A stretch of 64,000 nucleotides of DNA from an uncultured Armatimonadetes bacterium (GTDB taxonomy: Bacteria; Armatimonadota; UBA5829; DTJY01): the NCBI GenBank assembly GCA_963717145.1, contig OY970325.1, positions 4,672,001-4,736,000 of the forward strand. The letters are read 5' to 3'. The translations under genes were made by a program, and so were the position numbers. Under the pieces are notes generated by a model. That model had not been told where the DNA came from. It was given only the letters and a program-made list of their open reading frames with translations, and did not search any database. Shown here one piece after another: positions 59,636-64,000 of the stretch (position 1 is its first letter; every line of letters begins with the position of its first letter).

Positions 59636-61813
59636 ATGCGTATTCCGTCGCTCTTTATCCTGGCGATCCTCACGGCGTCCATCGCATCGAGCGCGGTGGC
59701 GGCCGAACGCGCCATCACGCTGACCGCCGATGTCACGCGCTGGGGGGAGGACAAGGTGACCGCCAGCGGAAACGTCGTGGCGGTCTTCGAGGACTACAAG
59801 GTCACCTCTGATTCCGCCAACGCCGACCTTAGGACGAACATCGCAGTGTTCGAGGGAAACGTCAACTTCACCACGAACAACCGAAGCGTCCAGGGCGATC
59901 GGATCACCATCAACCTCAAGACCAAGGACTGGTCATTCGAGAGTGCGGTCACGCATCTCGGCGCCGAGACATTCGGCGACAACCCGAACGCCCGCGCGGT
60001 CATTCGTACCAGGGAATTGACCGGCAACGAGACGGAGATATCCGTCCATTCGGGGAGCTTCACGACCTGCCTTCTCGATCACCCGCACTGGAGCATCAAT
60101 GCCAGGCAGATCGACATCTACCCCGAAAGCCGCATAGTCGCCCACGGTGTCTCATTTGTCGCGCTCGACAAGCGGCTCTTCAGTGTGGATTCGCTCGTCA
60201 TCCCGATGCGTGGACTGGCCAGGAATATCCTGCCGCAGGTCGGATCGAGCGCCGAAGAGGGCATGTTCCTCAAGACTACCTATGCCTACATGGCGACCCA
60301 GCGCGCGCAGGGCTTCCTCAAGCTCGATCTCATGACCAGACGAGGAGTCGGCGTCGGCGCGGAACAGTCCTACGGATGGGGAAGCGCATCCGGCTTGCTG
60401 AACCTCTACTTCCTGCACGACCGGGAACTCGGGACGAACAACGTCACGGGCAGTCTCCAACATCAGCAGCAGTTCGGTGATATCAATCTGAACCTTCGGG
60501 GCGACTATCGGACGAACAACTACCTGTTTTTCTCGTCCAGCCGGTACTCGGACTACCAGGTCGGACTCTCGAGAGCGGTCGGCCCGTCGACAAGCGCACT
60601 GACATTCCACAACAGCCGCGTTGACAGCGTCGGGAATAGCAGCACCAGTCAGGCATCGTTGAGGCATACCCAGCAGTTCTCGCCGAAGTTCACCGGCCGG
60701 ATCTCGATGGATATGAAGACCAACAGCTCGTCGTTCTTCCCGGGCGTCGACAAGGAGTTGGAATCGGAGCTGCAGTTCAGCAACCAGGCTGATCGGTTCG
60801 ACAGCTTGCTCGTGTTCAGCAATCGCAATGACCTGGACGGCAACTCCTTCACGGGCGATCAGTTCTACAGCAGCATCGACCGCATGCCGGAACTCATCCT
60901 GGAGACGGACTCGTATCGTCTGACCGACAAGCCTCTGCTCGATCTCCCCGTAAGGCTGAAGCTCGGGGTGGGGCGCTACCACGAGATGCCGTCCGACGCC
61001 ACCCACGAGCGTCTGCTCTTCCAGGCCGACCTGCTGAACAAAGTCTTCCCGATCCGCGACAATACTGACCTCAGCCTTTCGACCGGGTTCAGGCAGACGA
61101 TCTACGCGGCGGACATGGCCCAGCAGGTACTTCGGGCCAATGCCCTGCTGACAACGCGGTACAACGACTACCTGACAACGAGAGTCACCTATGCCTTCCA
61201 GCAGCCCGACGGGTTCACGCCATTCCGCTTCGACTACGCGGGGAGATACAACTACACTCGGGCGATCATGGACTACCAGGATGAGCAGCGGCTGAGATGG
61301 ACGCTGTCGACGGGTTACGATCTCAACAGGAAGAGGAACCCCTGGCAGGACATGAGCCTCAGGCTCTCCGCCAACCCGAGCAAGTATTTCGCCGGCTCGT
61401 TCTCCACCGGGTTCGACTTGAACCGAGGGGAGTGGAGGTCGCTCAACAGCCGGATCAGGTATGCCGCGCCGGATTGGCTCTCCCTCGATCTGGGGTCGAG
61501 GTACAACATAAAGAGCGGCAACATGGACGCGCTGAGGAGCAGATTGGCGCTGAAGATCGGCAAGAAGTGGAGCGCCGATGCGCTTGTGGGCTGGAACGGA
61601 TCGACTAACAGCTTCGATTACCGCGCGCTCAGGATCACGCGAGACTTGCACTGCTGGGAGGCATCGCTTGTCTTCACGGATGAGGTTGGCTTCCGGAAGG
61701 ACAAGGCGATCATGCTCGATCTGCGGCTGAAGGCATTCCCCGGGGAGGATCGCTTCGGGATTGGTCAGTTCGGCCAGGCATTCGACACGAGCATGGGAGA
61801 GTATTTCTACTAA
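59636..61813 (+). CDS. LptD-like outer-membrane LPS assembly protein
   Basis: Signal peptide; OstA-like N-terminus, FTTC...PHW; beta-barrel-like alternation; RDLHCW. Confidence 0.78.
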   Translation: MRIPSLFILAILTASIASSAVAAERAITLTADVTRWGEDKVTASGNVVAVFEDYKVTSDSANADLRTNIAVFEGNVNFTTNNRSVQGDRITINLKTKDWSFESAVTHLGAETFGDNPNARAVIRTRELTGNETEISVHSGSFTTCLLDHPHWSINARQIDIYPESRIVAHGVSFVALDKRLFSVDSLVIPMRGLARNILPQVGSSAEEGMFLKTTYAYMATQRAQGFLKLDLMTRRGVGVGAEQSYGWGSASGLLNLYFLHDRELGTNNVTGSLQHQQQFGDINLNLRGDYRTNNYLFFSSSRYSDYQVGLSRAVGPSTSALTFHNSRVDSVGNSSTSQASLRHTQQFSPKFTGRISMDMKTNSSSFFPGVDKELESELQFSNQADRFDSLLVFSNRNDLDGNSFTGDQFYSSIDRMPELILETDSYRLTDKPLLDLPVRLKLGVGRYHEMPSDATHERLLFQADLLNKVFPIRDNTDLSLSTGFRQTIYAADMAQQVLRANALLTTRYNDYLTTRVTYAFQQPDGFTPFRFDYAGRYNYTRAIMDYQDEQRLRWTLSTGYDLNRKRNPWQDMSLRLSANPSKYFAGSFSTGFDLNRGEWRSLNSRIRYAAPDWLSLDLGSRYNIKSGNMDALRSRLALKIGKKWSADALVGWNGSTNSFDYRALRITRDLHCWEASLVFTDEVGFRKDKAIMLDLRLKAFPGEDRFGIGQFGQAFDTSMGEYFY

Positions 61814-61820
61814 CCAGAAC

Positions 61821-61915
61821 AGTGGCTGTAGGGGCGTGCCTTGTGCCGCCCGCGGCTACCTGTTAGGCTCGGTGGCCATATGTTGGGCGGCACAAGGCAC
61901 GCCCCTACAGCCACT
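61821..61915. repeat. REP-like family B palindrome between convergent genes
   Basis: AGTGGCTGTAGGGGCGTGCCTTGTGCCGCCC and its inverse. Confidence 0.9.
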
Positions 61916-61922
61916 CGGGAAC

Positions 61923-62597
61923 TCAGATGTCGATGTCGATTCTCCAGCCCGGGATCATGTCGAGGGAACGCGTGGTGTCCGTCGTCAGAACGCCTGTGCC
62001 GTTCTCGTTCAGCAGGTCGTTCGGTTGCTCAGCGTCCCCGAGCCGCGCATTGTTGAACGTGTCATCCCTGGTGATGTCCACGGGGAACACCGATGCTGAG
62101 CCCACAAGGAGCGCGTCGATAGTCCGATGCTGGCCGAGCGGGTCGTCAACGGTTATGAAGTTCACGTTGATCAACTGGCCGGTTGCCGCGATGTCGTTGA
62201 GGTCGATGGTGAAGCTCAGGGTGTTACCTTGAGCGCTCGAACGGATCGGCGCCCCGATTCGCACGGCATTCTGAAACTGCCCCTTGGGGAGGAACTCATA
62301 GAGTGTGAACTGCCCGCCGGTGTACTCGACGTAATGCGTCGCCGCACCGGTCACCCATCCCTGCCCGGGGATGATGCCCGGGAACACGGGGACTGGCCCT
62401 GTGATGCCGCCGTCAACATCGATGGCGGTGTAGTAGTGCACGGCGTTATTGATCGGTCCGGCGAGCGTCAGTTCGACCGTGAATGCTCTCACTGCAACGA
62501 TCGGGCCACCCTTGGGCGCCCGCGCGCATCCTGAGAGCATGACGAGCGTCAGGACCACTATCAGCAGCGCCGTAAGTCTGACAGGCTTGAGCTTCAT
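61923..62597 (-). CDS. Hypothetical lipoprotein
   Basis: MKLKPVRL...VMLSGC lipobox. Confidence 0.7.
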   Translation of the reverse strand: MKLKPVRLTALLIVVLTLVMLSGCARAPKGGPIVAVRAFTVELTLAGPINNAVHYYTAIDVDGGITGPVPVFPGIIPGQGWVTGAATHYVEYTGGQFTLYEFLPKGQFQNAVRIGAPIRSSAQGNTLSFTIDLNDIAATGQLINVNFITVDDPLGQHRTIDALLVGSASVFPVDITRDDTFNNARLGDAEQPNDLLNENGTGVLTTDTTRSLDMIPGWRIDIDI

Positions 62598-62717
62598 ATG
62601 ACTCATTCTATCAGGACTTGCCGTTCGGTTCAAGCGATCCCCGTCGGATTTGCGGATCGGAGCGCTGCTCGGCTATAATGCAGTCCCGGTCCGTGGTCGC
62701 CCGCGTGGATTGACAAC

Positions 62718-64000
62718 ATGATTCTATCACTGCTCATATCTCTCATATCGGGCCTGGTTCTGACCCTGGCGTTTCCCAGGACGGACATATACCTGGTCGC
62801 CTGGATCGCACTCGCGCCGCTCTTCTACCTCACGGTCCGCAGGGGATGGCTGATGGCGACGCTCTGCGGTTTCGTCTTCGGGCTCGGGTTTTTCGGAAGC
62901 CTGCTCTGGTGGATCGGGATATTCGGCACACTGCCCTGGGTGCTGCTGACGATCATCCAATCGCTCTACACCGCCGTGTTCGGCCTGAGCGCGAACCTGA
63001 TCGCCGGACGCCTCAATGCGTGGGGCAGGCTGATCATTATGCCCGCGCTCTGGGTCGCATTCGAGTGGATCCGCTCCCAGGGACTGCTCGGGTTCACGTG
63101 GGGCGATGTCGGCTACTCCCAGGCCTATGCGCTGCCGGTCATCCAGATTGCATCGATCACGGGCGTGTGGGGAGTCTCGTTTCTCGCGGCGATCGTCAAT
63201 TCCATGCTGGCGAATATCGGCGGGTACTGGGCGAATAATCGCAGCATCCGGGGATCATACGCCCAGCTCTTGGTGACCGCCGCAGTCCTGGCAGTCACGA
63301 TCGGGTATGGCCTGGTCGCCATGGATGCGCCGGTACACGGCAAGTCATTCCGCGCGGCCGTGATCCAGGGGAACATCAATCAAGATGCCGAGGAGGACCT
63401 CGACTACTACGACCGAACCATGCAGACCTACCGCCGGATGACGCTCGACGCCGCTTCGAAGGGCACCGGGCTCATCATCTGGCCCGAAACCTCGATGCCC
63501 GGCTCGCCGGGTTACGAGCCGTATCTGCAGGGCTGGCTGTCGGCTCTCTCCCAGCAGGCGAAGGCCCCCTGATCGTCGGTGGTCGGGATGAGGATCTGCG
63601 TGGTCACGTATTCAACTCCGCGTTTCTCGTCGGTCCTGGGAAGGGGATACTCACTCGGTATGCGAAGGTCAGACTCGTGCCGTTCGGGGAGTTCGTTCCC
63701 GCGCGCAAGTACCTCCCGCTGCTTGCCAACTACCGGGTGACACCGATGGACGTGACCCCCGGTCGCGGCTTCAACCTGCTCGACGGCGGGCCTTGCAGGA
63801 TCGGCGTGGCGATATGCTTCGAGTCGACCTTCCCGTACATATCCCGAACGCTGACCGCTTCCGGGGCGCAACTGCTCTGCGTCATCACGAACGACGTCTG
63901 GTTCGGCCGTTCCGCCGCCGCCGAACAGCATGCCGAGATGTCGGTGCTCCGGGCGGTCGAGAACCGGCGGTACCTGTTGAGAGGCGCGGCAACCGGGGTG
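62718..64000 (+). CDS. lnt: Apolipoprotein N-acyltransferase; -1 frameshift in a C-run near 63566; runs off window
   Basis: WVAFEWIRS..GFTW..GYSQ, IQGNI, IWPET; after the shift YFNSA, KVRLVPFGEF, ICFES, ITNDVWFG, RAVENRR. Confidence 0.93.

Noticed and set aside
1-64000. tRNA/rRNA genes, prophage, reverse transcriptase (retron/DGR)
   Set aside because: No such signatures recognised by eye; tRNAscan-SE and Infernal were not run.

Overview
A GC-rich bacterial chromosomal segment. Its gene repertoire (prepilin/H-X9-DG protein, NPCBM-glycosidases, LptF/G and LptD-like genes) suggests Armatimonadota or a similar diderm lineage; this is inference only. The backbone carries carbohydrate-active enzymes (GHL10, two GH36, GH2, GH27), purN, glmS, a lipid kinase, phosphatases, two large PAS sensors, amidohydrolases, radical SAM proteins, lptF/G, an lptD-like gene and lnt. 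It is dotted with at least eight families of REP-like palindromes, and three of these sit in-frame inside enzyme genes. The most notable feature is a visibly lower-GC island (~44.4-57.8 kb). It holds a four-gene minus-strand operon: Hsp90-like ATPase -> SIR2-like protein -> unknown helical protein -> a second Hsp90-like ATPase fused (across one frameshift) to a coiled coil, an NDT/TIR-like domain and an HhH-like tail. I do not recognise this as a named system; it is a candidate chaperone-coupled, NAD-targeting defence system. The island also contains a head-to-tail IS66 dimer with one 8-bp target duplication and an rve-type IS, and it is bracketed by ends shared with an internally deleted RAYT-like HUH transposase. 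About nine single-base frameshifts, including in glmS and lnt, most likely reflect sequencing error. All product calls come from motifs read by eye; no database search was run.
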